Assembly (NCBI GenBank): GCA_017991775.1
Contig: JAGOPV010000001.1
Span: forward strand, 20,869 to 84,868
Origin: Candidatus Levyibacteriota bacterium
GTDB taxonomy: Bacteria; Patescibacteriota; Microgenomatia; Levybacterales; UBA12049
Direction: 5' to 3'
DNA length: 64,000 nucleotides
The notes beneath the pieces were generated by a model. It was not told the origin of the DNA, ran no database searches, and saw nothing but the letters and a program-made list of their open reading frames with translations. The position numbers and the translations under genes were made by a program. This document shows, piece by piece, positions 1 to 8,657 of the stretch (within the stretch, counting starts at the first letter, position 1; every line of letters starts with the position of its first letter).

Positions 1-1
1 T

Positions 2-1060
2 TTTGCTACTGATCTTTATACTGATGTAATCAATGCGATAGAGGCAAGAACTGGCAAATCTTATAATGATCCCCTAATTCAACTTTCAATGAGAATAATT
101 GCTGACCATCTCAAGGCTGCAACATTTCTTATGATTGATGGCGTAGAGCCTGCAAATAAAGAACAGGGATATGTCCTTAGACGACTTCTTCGACGTGCAG
201 CTGTAAAAATGCACAAGCTTCAAGGAGAGCTTCCACCAACCTCAGACTTTGAAATAATCATTGATGCAATTCTTGCAACTGAGCAAACTATTGATTCAAG
301 CATAGATATCCAGTCAAAAAGGAAGACTATCTTCCCACTTCTAAACGACGAGCTAACTAGGTTTGGAAAAAGTCTCGCAAAAGGACTTGCGATTATTGAA
401 AAAACAAGCGAGATCACAGGAAAGATTGCATTTGATCTTTTTCAGACATACGGATTCCCCTTTGAGATAACACAAGAACTTCTCAAGGAAAATGGTAAGT
501 CTGTCAATGCTGACGAATTCAATGCCGAATATAACACTCATAAACAGCTCTCAAAGACTGCTTCAGCTGGGATGTTTAAGGGCGGACTTGCAGATCATTC
601 AGAAAAGACTGTCATGGGACATACCGCGACACACCTCATGCATCAGGCTCTTCGAGATGTGCTTGGCGATCATGTTCACCAGACTGGATCAAATATCACG
701 CCAGAGAGAGTTCGTTTTGACTTCAACTTTGACGAAAGGCTTACTGATGAACAAATTTCAACCGTCGAAAGAATGGTCAACGAAAAGATCCAGGAGAATT
801 TGCCTGTTCATTTTGAGCTCATCCCAACAAGCGAGGCAAAAGAGATGGGAGCGATTGGACTCTTTATGGATACCTATGGCGAAAAATCCAAAATCTACTT
901 CATTGGTCCTAGGGTTGACTCATCTGACAAGCCTTATTCGATCGAATTCTGCGGCGGACCACACGTGGATTTTACAGGAGTGATCAAATCCTTTAAGATA
1001 ATAAAACAAGAGAATCTGGGCAAAAACCAGAAACGCTTGTACGTGAATATTGGTGAATAA
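2..1060 (+). CDS. alaS: Alanyl-tRNA synthetase, C-terminal part (gene continues upstream of window)
   Basis: The reading frame is open back to nt 2 with no stop codon. The translation (..SYNDPLIQLSMRIIADHLKA.. HTATHLMHQALRDVLG .. CGGPHV) matches the AlaRS tRNA-recognition and editing-domain motifs. The N-terminal catalytic core is not in the window. Confidence 0.8.
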   Translation, partial: FATDLYTDVINAIEARTGKSYNDPLIQLSMRIIADHLKAATFLMIDGVEPANKEQGYVLRRLLRRAAVKMHKLQGELPPTSDFEIIIDAILATEQTIDSSIDIQSKRKTIFPLLNDELTRFGKSLAKGLAIIEKTSEITGKIAFDLFQTYGFPFEITQELLKENGKSVNADEFNAEYNTHKQLSKTASAGMFKGGLADHSEKTVMGHTATHLMHQALRDVLGDHVHQTGSNITPERVRFDFNFDERLTDEQISTVERMVNEKIQENLPVHFELIPTSEAKEMGAIGLFMDTYGEKSKIYFIGPRVDSSDKPYSIEFCGGPHVDFTGVIKSFKIIKQENLGKNQKRLYVNIGE

Positions 1061-1104
1061 TATCAAATGTCCAATATCAAATTTCAAATGACAAAAATGA
1101 AACT

Positions 1105-1147
1105 TTGAAACTGGTATCTATTTGATATTTGAAATTGGTATTTATTT
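1105..1147. repeat. Two imperfect ~20-bp direct repeats (tttgaaactggtatctattt / tttgaaattggtatttattt), 10 nt upstream of the ATG at 1157
   Basis: Read directly from the sequence. Each copy carries a TTGAAA hexamer. It could be a paired regulator-binding site or promoter element for the downstream membrane-protein gene. Confidence 0.3.
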
Positions 1148-1156
1148 AAACCAAAT

Positions 1157-3511
1157 ATGAAACTGCCTATACCCTCACTTTTTGGGAAAAAAGGATCAAG
1201 TGACGCATACTATCTTGCGCTTTTGCTGCGAGATGAGAAGATCGTTGCCGTTGTCCTCCAGGAGATTGCTGGTCAACTCACCACAATCGGTACAAGCGAA
1301 ACCCACCTCACAACTCCATTGGAGCAAATTCCCTATGAAGAACTCCTTGATACGCTCGACAAAACGATCAGTCGCGCTGAGGACAAACTACCAAGTAATA
1401 TTGAGACAGAAAAGACGATCTTTGGTGTAAAAGACACCTGGGTCACTGATAAGAAAATTAATAAAGAGCAGTTAACTCTTCTCAAAAAACTCTGCGATGC
1501 GCTCACTCTAACACCCATTGGCTTTATGGTAGTAAGTGAAGCTATCGCACACCTTCTGAACAAAGAAGAAGGAGCACCACTCTCTGCTATCGTTGCTGAG
1601 ATCGGTCAGCATGCAGCCTCTCTTTCACTCTTTAGAGCGGGCAGAGTTATCGAGGCGCATTCGGCCAAGATTACAGACTCTGCAACTCTTGCAGTTGATA
1701 AGCTCCTGCATCACTTCACAGTCGATGTCCTTCCTTCTAGAATTATTCTCTTCAATGGACGAGACGATGAGCAAGTTTCGCAAGAATTCATCTCGCACCA
1801 ATGGAGTAAGAGCATTCCCTTCCTTCATGTGCCACAGATCTCTGTCTTACCGGTTGGATTTGATGCTCGCGCGATGATCCATGGAGCCGGTGAGCAAATG
1901 GGCTTTACCGTTATTCCAGATGCAATTGATACCGCGATTAAGACTGTGACTGGAAAAGTCACAAAAAAGGCCGATCCATCAGCTGACACTCAGGTAGAAG
2001 AGAAAGTAGATGAAGACTCCTCGCTTCACAGTGATCTTGATTCAAAATCTGAAAAGGAAGATACAGCTGAGGAGGACACAACCACAGACAAAGCTGATCT
2101 GATGCCTGTATCGGGTGATAATTTTGGCTTTGTCATGAATCAAGATATAGAAAGCGTTACTCCCGTAAAAGCACCAGTAGCTTCGACAATCACAAGCGAA
2201 ACTCCTCCGCAGCCACATCACGCCCCGATGATGCCAAATAATTCATCTATGGCTAGGGAGTCCAGAACTGCATCTGAGACTACATCGGCCGGATTTCTTG
2301 CAGGGATTATGACAACTATAAAAGGACTGCTACAAAAGGTATCGTTTCTTAACCCCACCAATCCAACCCAGGGGTTTCGCTTTGGTAAAGGGATGATGAT
2401 AGGAGTAGGCATACTTATCCTCCTCCTAGGTGGAGTTATTTGGTACATGCTCAATGTTAAAGCAACAGTCACGCTCAACATCCAGACAAAAGCAGTTGAT
2501 GAGTCAGAGGATGTCACCTTCAGCGCAGGCAGCTCAAATGATTTCTCACAATCGATACTCGGAGCAAAGCAGGTCGAGGCAGAGCTTGATGGCAGCGTCA
2601 CGACTGATGCAACTGGTAAAAAAGCGATAGGCGAGAAAGCAAAGGGAACTCTCACGCTTTACAATAAAAATGAAGCAAAAAGGACTATTCCATCTGGTAC
2701 GACAATACGATCCTCAACGAGCATTGAATTCGTCACGGACAAAGAAGTCTCAATCGCCTCAGCATCTGGTGATATATCCGGAACGAAAGCAGGCACAGGC
2801 CAAGTCAGTGTAATTGCAAAAGAACTAGGGACACAGGCCAATCTTCCATCAGGAACTGAGTTCACAGTCAGTGGATATTCAAATGTAGCAGGCAAGAATG
2901 ACAGCGCATTTTCTGGAGGTACAAAGAAAGATGTCACAGTTGTTGCTAAAAAGGATGCAGACAAACTTCTTCTCGAACTTCCAAAGTCACTTAGTGAAAA
3001 AGCGCGAACAGAGATGAAGTCACAGATCTCAGACGATGAGGATGTCCTTACAGAATTCACGACCGATGAGATTATAAAAAAGAAATTTGATAATGATGTT
3101 GATGATGAAGCAAAGAAGGTCACTCTGACAGGGACTGTCTCCTTTAGTACGCTGGCGTATTCTAAAAAAGACCTTCTAGAACTCGCTCAAACTATACTCA
3201 AGAACAAATCAACAAGTGATCTGACAATTTCCAAAGATGACGTAAAAGCGACCATTGAAGACATCGTCATCAATAAAGATGAGGCTTCAGCAACTCTTGT
3301 AATCAGTGGCGGACTTATTCCAGAAATAGATAAAAATGAACTAGCTGGTAAACTTTCGGGTAAATCATTTAAGGACGCACTTGAAGTGGTAAGCAGTACT
3401 CCGCAAATTACTGATGCAGAGATCGTACTTTCACCTAATATCCCACTCTTGCCAAAGATCTTACCAAGAATCACCAAGAATATTACGATCGTCGTCTCTG
3501 CTCATGACTAA
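1157..3511 (+). CDS. Hypothetical 784-aa membrane protein: cytoplasmic N-domain, acidic linker, single TM helix, large extracytoplasmic C-domain
   Basis: Long ORF with a TM segment (MMIGVGILILLLGGVIWYML) near residue 410 and a D/E/K-rich linker (residues 270-310). The C-terminal ~370 aa are S/T/K-rich, consistent with an exposed domain. No family confidently recognised and no LPXTG. The gene overlaps the sortase gene by 8 nt. Confidence 0.5.
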   Translation: MKLPIPSLFGKKGSSDAYYLALLLRDEKIVAVVLQEIAGQLTTIGTSETHLTTPLEQIPYEELLDTLDKTISRAEDKLPSNIETEKTIFGVKDTWVTDKKINKEQLTLLKKLCDALTLTPIGFMVVSEAIAHLLNKEEGAPLSAIVAEIGQHAASLSLFRAGRVIEAHSAKITDSATLAVDKLLHHFTVDVLPSRIILFNGRDDEQVSQEFISHQWSKSIPFLHVPQISVLPVGFDARAMIHGAGEQMGFTVIPDAIDTAIKTVTGKVTKKADPSADTQVEEKVDEDSSLHSDLDSKSEKEDTAEEDTTTDKADLMPVSGDNFGFVMNQDIESVTPVKAPVASTITSETPPQPHHAPMMPNNSSMARESRTASETTSAGFLAGIMTTIKGLLQKVSFLNPTNPTQGFRFGKGMMIGVGILILLLGGVIWYMLNVKATVTLNIQTKAVDESEDVTFSAGSSNDFSQSILGAKQVEAELDGSVTTDATGKKAIGEKAKGTLTLYNKNEAKRTIPSGTTIRSSTSIEFVTDKEVSIASASGDISGTKAGTGQVSVIAKELGTQANLPSGTEFTVSGYSNVAGKNDSAFSGGTKKDVTVVAKKDADKLLLELPKSLSEKARTEMKSQISDDEDVLTEFTTDEIIKKKFDNDVDDEAKKVTLTGTVSFSTLAYSKKDLLELAQTILKNKSTSDLTISKDDVKATIEDIVINKDEASATLVISGGLIPEIDKNELAGKLSGKSFKDALEVVSSTPQITDAEIVLSPNIPLLPKILPRITKNITIVVSAHD

Positions 3512-4226
3512 AATCTACAAAAAGTCTGACCGCTTAGCAAAGAAAAGAAAAATGAGGATAGCAAGTCTTCTCCTCTTTACTTTTGGTGCTGCAATGTTCA
3601 CGTACTTTGCATTTCCCTTGATTTCCTTTCAACTCTATCTTCAGCCTGTTTTTGCATCTGCCAATGTGGCCGCCCCAATTCCAATGCGCTCTATTATGAC
3701 GGATGCATCGCTTGGCGAACTCGTCAAAGTATCAGCCGACAATCTCACAGGCAAGAGTTATACTGATGCAAGGAACTGGTATCCATCCGTGGCACAAGGC
3801 ACGAGTAAGGCTTCAATTGCTACCTACAAAATCTCCGTGCCAAAACTTAAGATCCAAGACGCAGTTGTCTCAACTGTCGACAATGATCTTTCCCAGCATC
3901 TAGTTCAATACGGTGGAACTACTGTACCACCCGAAAAAGGAACTGCTGTAATCTATGGCCACTCAACTCTCCCCCAGCTCTATAAGGAGGGTGATTACAC
4001 GACAATCTTTGCCAATATCCACAACATGACAACAGGAGACGATATCATCGTTACTGTAAATAATAAAAAATATACTTACAAAATTTACTCAGTTACGATA
4101 ACTGACCCATCAGATACCTCATTTTTCCAACAGAATTTCGATGGCAACTATCTCATCCTCGTAAGCTGCACGCCACCTGGTACAACCTGGAAGAGACTTC
4201 TTCTTCATGCAAAATTACAACAATAA
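3504..4226 (+). CDS. Sortase (transpeptidase) family protein
   Basis: N-terminal signal anchor (MRIASLLLFTFGAAMFTYFAF) and a catalytic-region motif ..VIYGHST.. ..YLILVSCTPPGTTWKRLL (TLxTC-like Cys motif). Start taken at 3504 (MTKIYKK); an alternative ATG is at 3552. Confidence 0.7.
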   Translation: MTKIYKKSDRLAKKRKMRIASLLLFTFGAAMFTYFAFPLISFQLYLQPVFASANVAAPIPMRSIMTDASLGELVKVSADNLTGKSYTDARNWYPSVAQGTSKASIATYKISVPKLKIQDAVVSTVDNDLSQHLVQYGGTTVPPEKGTAVIYGHSTLPQLYKEGDYTTIFANIHNMTTGDDIIVTVNNKKYTYKIYSVTITDPSDTSFFQQNFDGNYLILVSCTPPGTTWKRLLLHAKLQQ

Positions 4227-4368
4227 TGGAACAAAATAAATTTACAAGCTATATGAAACTGATCTGGCCAACCGTCTATCGCATTATTAATGATGGGCTC
4301 TATTTTATTTTTAGTGTCATAAAATCAGGGATCAGAATCGCAATTAATCAATTCAAAGGAAATACACC

Positions 4369-5643
4369 ATGACTTCAGAATCACTTGCCCTATCTGCAAT
4401 TCAAAAAAAACTAGTTGGCAAAAGACTTACCTACCCTGAGATCTATGCAATCATGGATGAGATATCCCATGAACGACTTGGCGACGTCCTCACCACGTAT
4501 TTTGCTGCTTCAGGATACTCTAATGGATTCTCAGACGAAGAGATCTACTTTCTCACCAAGGCTATGGTCGAGACAGGAGATCGACTTCATTTTCCAGGCA
4601 TTGTCGCAGACAAACACTCTATCGGAGGCGTCCCAGGAACACGAACTACCTTAATTGTTGTACCTATCATTGCTGCGGCTGGATTTACTATACCCAAGAG
4701 TTCAAGCAAAGCGATCACAACTCCTGGTGGAACTGCTGATGATATGCAAGTTCTATCTCCAGTTGAATTCAACGAAAAACAAATTTATGAGATCGTCAAA
4801 AAGACCAATGGCTGCATTGTTTGGGGTGGTGGAGTTGATATAGCCCCAGCAGATGACATCATTATTCAGGTTGAAGCTCCACTTCTGTTTGAAAGTTATG
4901 ACAAAATTTTAGTCTCAATCATGGCAAAAAAGATTGCATTTGGCGCGACACATCTTGTCGTAGATCTCCCCTATGGCGAAATGGTGAAAGTCCACTCCAT
5001 CAAGGATGCAGAAATACTGAAGGCAAAATTTGAAAAGTTAGCCAAACGTTTTGATATCAAAATCCGAGTTCTGATCCACAAGACTGATGAGCCAGCAGGG
5101 AGAGGTGTGGGCCCACTCCTTGAAACAAAGGAGGCACTTATGGTACTTGAGCAAAAAGAGAATAGACCTTTTGATCTTGAAGAAAGAGCACTCAACCTTG
5201 CAGGAGCACTTCTAAACCTATGTCTTGAAGACTCTACCAAAACAGTCCAAGAAAAAGTGAAAAAGGAATTTGGCGGAGGTCATGAATGGGCACGCTCACT
5301 CCTGGTCAATGGAGCAGCGCATGCAAAAATGCTTGAGATCATCAAAGCCCAAGGTGGAGATGAGAAGGTTACAAGCACATCTTTAAAACCTGGCAAGCAT
5401 ACCTATTCTGTAAAAGCTGTGAAATCAGGAACTATTAAAAAGATTCAGAGCAAGAACGCGACTGCAATCGCTAAAATCTTAGGGGCTCCAAAGGAACTTA
5501 GGGCTGGAATTTATCTTGATAAAAAAATTGGTGAAAAAGTAGAGAAAGGCGAAGTGCTCTATACCCTCTTCACACCCAGTGAATATAACTTAAAAGAAGC
5601 AAAAGACTCACTTGGCCATTTCCCTCTAATGTTGTATAAATAA
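4369..5643 (+). CDS. Glycosyltransferase-family-3 nucleoside phosphorylase (AMP phosphorylase / thymidine phosphorylase family)
   Basis: Motif DKHSIGGVPGTRTTLIVVPIIAAAGFTIPKSSSKAITTPGGTADD is typical of the thymidine/AMP phosphorylase family. Length of 424 aa includes a C-terminal PYNP-like domain. Confidence 0.75.
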   Translation: MTSESLALSAIQKKLVGKRLTYPEIYAIMDEISHERLGDVLTTYFAASGYSNGFSDEEIYFLTKAMVETGDRLHFPGIVADKHSIGGVPGTRTTLIVVPIIAAAGFTIPKSSSKAITTPGGTADDMQVLSPVEFNEKQIYEIVKKTNGCIVWGGGVDIAPADDIIIQVEAPLLFESYDKILVSIMAKKIAFGATHLVVDLPYGEMVKVHSIKDAEILKAKFEKLAKRFDIKIRVLIHKTDEPAGRGVGPLLETKEALMVLEQKENRPFDLEERALNLAGALLNLCLEDSTKTVQEKVKKEFGGGHEWARSLLVNGAAHAKMLEIIKAQGGDEKVTSTSLKPGKHTYSVKAVKSGTIKKIQSKNATAIAKILGAPKELRAGIYLDKKIGEKVEKGEVLYTLFTPSEYNLKEAKDSLGHFPLMLYK

Positions 5644-5646
5644 CAC

Positions 5647-6591
5647 ATGCGAAAAGTAACTGTTTTATTTGTCGGAGCAATCCTTTTAGTACTTTTAGGC
5701 CTTAGCTGGTGGAGCAATAACTTAAAGCCTGTCAATCCTCGTGACAACTCGGAAAAGATGTTCGTAATCGCCCAAGGTAGTGGAACTCGACAGATCTCAA
5801 GGGATCTTAAGAAAGAAGGGCTCATCAAAGATGAGAATGTATTCTTTTTCTATTTGCGACAAGGTGGATTTGAGAAGAAAATTCAAGCGGGTGATTTTAG
5901 ACTCTCCCCTTCTATGTCTGCTGATAAAATAGCAAAGACATTAACAGAGGGTAGTATAGATGTCTGGGTAACAATACCCGAAGGCAAGCGAGCTGAGGAG
6001 ATCGCTGAAATACTTGAGGCAAAGGTAGCAAGCTATGAACCTTCATGGGAAGCAGAGCTTGTGAAGCATGAGGGAAGACTCTTCCCAGACACATATCTTG
6101 TTCCGCGAGACTCTACAATTGAGTCGATCATAACTCTCTTGACCAATACCTTTGAAGCACGCTATGAAACGGTCACAAATAAGACTTCTTACTCAAAAAA
6201 TGACGTTGTCACAATCGCCTCACTCATAGAACGCGAAGCAAGACATGATGAGGATCGCCCTATCATCTCTTCAGTTATTCATAATAGACTTGATATTGGC
6301 ATGGCTCTTCAGATAGACGCGAGCATCCAGTACGCAAAGGGGTATAAAGGCGCATGGTGGAAGCCAGTAACTCTTGCTGAGTACAAGTCAGTCAAATCAG
6401 ACTACAACACGTATCTTTTTGCAGGCCTACCACCAGGACCTATCGCTAACCCAGGCCTTGAAGCACTTCAGGCTGCAGGTAACCCAGCTTCAACAGACTA
6501 TATTTATTACATCACTGATCAAAATGGGATAAATAGATATGCAAAGACTCTAGATCAACACGAAGCAAATAAAGCTAAATACGGCCTCTAG
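5647..6591 (+). CDS. mltG: Endolytic murein transglycosylase MltG (YceG family)
   Basis: N-terminal TM anchor, then YceG-like motifs (LQIDASIQYAKG, GLPPGPIANPG). Confidence 0.8.
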   Translation: MRKVTVLFVGAILLVLLGLSWWSNNLKPVNPRDNSEKMFVIAQGSGTRQISRDLKKEGLIKDENVFFFYLRQGGFEKKIQAGDFRLSPSMSADKIAKTLTEGSIDVWVTIPEGKRAEEIAEILEAKVASYEPSWEAELVKHEGRLFPDTYLVPRDSTIESIITLLTNTFEARYETVTNKTSYSKNDVVTIASLIEREARHDEDRPIISSVIHNRLDIGMALQIDASIQYAKGYKGAWWKPVTLAEYKSVKSDYNTYLFAGLPPGPIANPGLEALQAAGNPASTDYIYYITDQNGINRYAKTLDQHEANKAKYGL

Positions 6592-6617
6592 ATTACTTCT
6601 GCTATAATCTTGCGGTT

Positions 6618-7319
6618 ATGGTGCCAATTGAATTTCTTGCGTACACTGTTCCCGATGAAATAGCTGCACCTTATATTCCAGATGTTGAAGAAGATGAGAA
6701 GCTTCGAACTTGCGTCGTTCTGGGAAGCTTCGGCAAATTCCATGACCAAATCCTTGAGACTATTGATGTTTTTACGGCAAGGGATATTAGAGTTCTTTCA
6801 CCACAAAGAGCACCTATGTCCAACACTGAAGGATTTCAGCTCTTAACTACTGACAAGGCAGTCCTTGATGACGCACATGACAGATACCCGTTGATTAAGT
6901 GGAATAGCAACTTAGATGCTGCACTGGTTGAAAAAATATATCGAGAGACTCTCAAAAGGGCTGGATTTGGATATATAGTCGCTCCATCAGGAGTGAGATC
7001 TAAAAACGGAGACCTATTCCCTAGTGGATATGGTGGAACAATGATGGCAAGTGAAATTGGAGTTGCTATGGGAAGTGGCGTACCGCTCTATTCATCAGAA
7101 CCGCTCAATCCCTATCTCGATGAAGAGGATGGATATCTTTCCCTACCACATTGGAGAGCAATCGCTGAGCAAATTAAACCCTACACACCAACCGAGATGG
7201 CAAACATGGTAGATAGTGGAGGACTTGATACGAAAGATTTTAGCTGGTGTGAAGGATATGAACCAATTTGGCCAATTATCAGAAATCTAGGAGGCTCTGC
7301 GGCGGATTCCCTTGAATAA
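6618..7319 (+). CDS. Hypothetical protein (233 aa)
   Basis: Intact ORF in normal gene spacing; no family recognised. Confidence 0.45.
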   Translation: MVPIEFLAYTVPDEIAAPYIPDVEEDEKLRTCVVLGSFGKFHDQILETIDVFTARDIRVLSPQRAPMSNTEGFQLLTTDKAVLDDAHDRYPLIKWNSNLDAALVEKIYRETLKRAGFGYIVAPSGVRSKNGDLFPSGYGGTMMASEIGVAMGSGVPLYSSEPLNPYLDEEDGYLSLPHWRAIAEQIKPYTPTEMANMVDSGGLDTKDFSWCEGYEPIWPIIRNLGGSAADSLE

Positions 7320-7676
7320 ACGCTTCTTTTTTGGCTCATCATCCATCTCTATCTTCTCAATCTTTGAAGCTGGGACTGGAGTCTCTACCGCAGTCTTTAC
7401 TGCTTCATGAGATACTTCTCGAATCGGATTTGGCCTCGGCTCCACAGATACAGTCTCGCGCGTGGGATCCTGCTCTAGCATCTCGTCTTCTACCATTTCT
7501 TCCTCTACCCGACCAATAACATCCTCTATCTTTGAGAAGCGCTCCACGCCCTCATCCATGATCACTTTTAAGATCTTTCTACCTTTTTTCGTGGTAATTA
7601 GAAGAGTACCGAGAGCACCAATAAGTACTCCGAAGAGAAAGAGGTTAAAACCATTTCCTGATTGTCTTTTTTCCAT
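7287..7676 (-). CDS. Small membrane protein (YtxH/DUF948-like?), acidic C-terminal half
   Basis: N-terminal hydrophobic helix (FNLFLFGVLIGALGTLLI) followed by an E-rich region. Confidence 0.4.
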   Translation of the reverse strand: MEKRQSGNGFNLFLFGVLIGALGTLLITTKKGRKILKVIMDEGVERFSKIEDVIGRVEEEMVEDEMLEQDPTRETVSVEPRPNPIREVSHEAVKTAVETPVPASKIEKIEMDDEPKKKRLFKGIRRRAS

Positions 7677-7690
7677 AAGGCAGTTAGCTG

Positions 7691-7984
7691 TTATCTCCGT
7701 CGATCAGAATCACGATCTGAATCTTTTGACATAAGTCCCTTGACCAATTTTGCAACACTTATCAGAGTGCTTGCCTTGACACCCATTGAGAGCGATGCAA
7801 GAGAAGAGAGAGGGCGAGATACGCTCTCGGTAATAGAGTGAGCATCTTCGATAATCTTGTTAGCCTTTAAAAGTGATTGCCTAGCTTCTTTAATAAAAAG
7901 ATAGACCTGTGCACCAATAATCACCAAAACAACCGTCACGATTACGATCACTGATAGAAGAATTATTTGAATAAAATCAATCAT
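7691..7984 (-). CDS. Small membrane protein (DUF948-like)
   Basis: N-terminal TM helix (IILLSVIVIVTVVLVIIGAQVYLF) plus a coiled-coil-like tail; co-directional with the ftsK/rodZ-like block. Confidence 0.4.
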   Translation of the reverse strand: MIDFIQIILLSVIVIVTVVLVIIGAQVYLFIKEARQSLLKANKIIEDAHSITESVSRPLSSLASLSMGVKASTLISVAKLVKGLMSKDSDRDSDRRR

Positions 7985-8012
7985 ACCTACCTATTTAGTG
8001 TAGCACATTTCG

Positions 8013-8651
8013 TCAAGGACCTGTTTTGACAGTGATTCTACGCACAACTTCAGACATTTTACCAAATTTATTCACTGCCTTAACAACGATCATAGAGCTA
8101 CCTGGAAAGACACTTACTTTCTTCGTAAACTTACCTCTATCATCAAGCGGAACTGGTATCGTATTCACCGTTAATATGACATTCGGATCTGACTGGCCTG
8201 TAACGGTCACATCGGTCGTCGTCTTTTCACCCTCAGTTGGAGATATCACGCTGAGTGGAGGATTAAAAAAGGCATATCTATATTGATAAAGAAGAAAACC
8301 ACCCAAAAGTAAGAGGAGTCCAAAAATAAGAAGGAGAGTTTGGCCTATCTTAAACCTCTTGATCTGCAAAGGCTTATCCTTAACAAATCCTTTTGGAAGA
8401 ACTCTGATCATTTGTTCCTCATCAAATTCTCGTCTAAAAAGTGCTAAGATCTCTCTTTGTGGAAGATCAAGATACTCTGCATAATTTCGCACAAAGCCCT
8501 GCGCATATGAAGGAGATGGAAGCTTTTGGTACTCTCCCCGCTCGATAGCCGAGAGGAAAGAAGACCTGATGCGAGTATCAGATGCGGCATTTTCTAAACT
8601 TAATCCTTTTTTCAAACGAGCTTCTTTCAAGCGCTGACCTACTCTAATCAT
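8013..8651 (-). CDS. RodZ-like cytoskeleton protein (XRE-type HTH + TM + extracytoplasmic domain)
   Basis: N-terminal HTH (LKEARLKKGLSLENAASDTRIRSSFLSAIERGEY), central TM helix (LLLIFGLLLLLGGFLLY), C-terminal beta-rich domain. Confidence 0.65.
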   Translation of the reverse strand: MIRVGQRLKEARLKKGLSLENAASDTRIRSSFLSAIERGEYQKLPSPSYAQGFVRNYAEYLDLPQREILALFRREFDEEQMIRVLPKGFVKDKPLQIKRFKIGQTLLLIFGLLLLLGGFLLYQYRYAFFNPPLSVISPTEGEKTTTDVTVTGQSDPNVILTVNTIPVPLDDRGKFTKKVSVFPGSSMIVVKAVNKFGKMSEVVRRITVKTGP

Positions 8652-8657
8652 ATGTAG

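Noticed and set aside
1157-1900. N-terminal domain of the 784-aa protein as PilM/FtsA (actin-like ATPase)
   Set aside because: Only a loose resemblance to the first strands; the conserved phosphate-binding motifs (e.g. GIDIGS) are not visible. Left as hypothetical.
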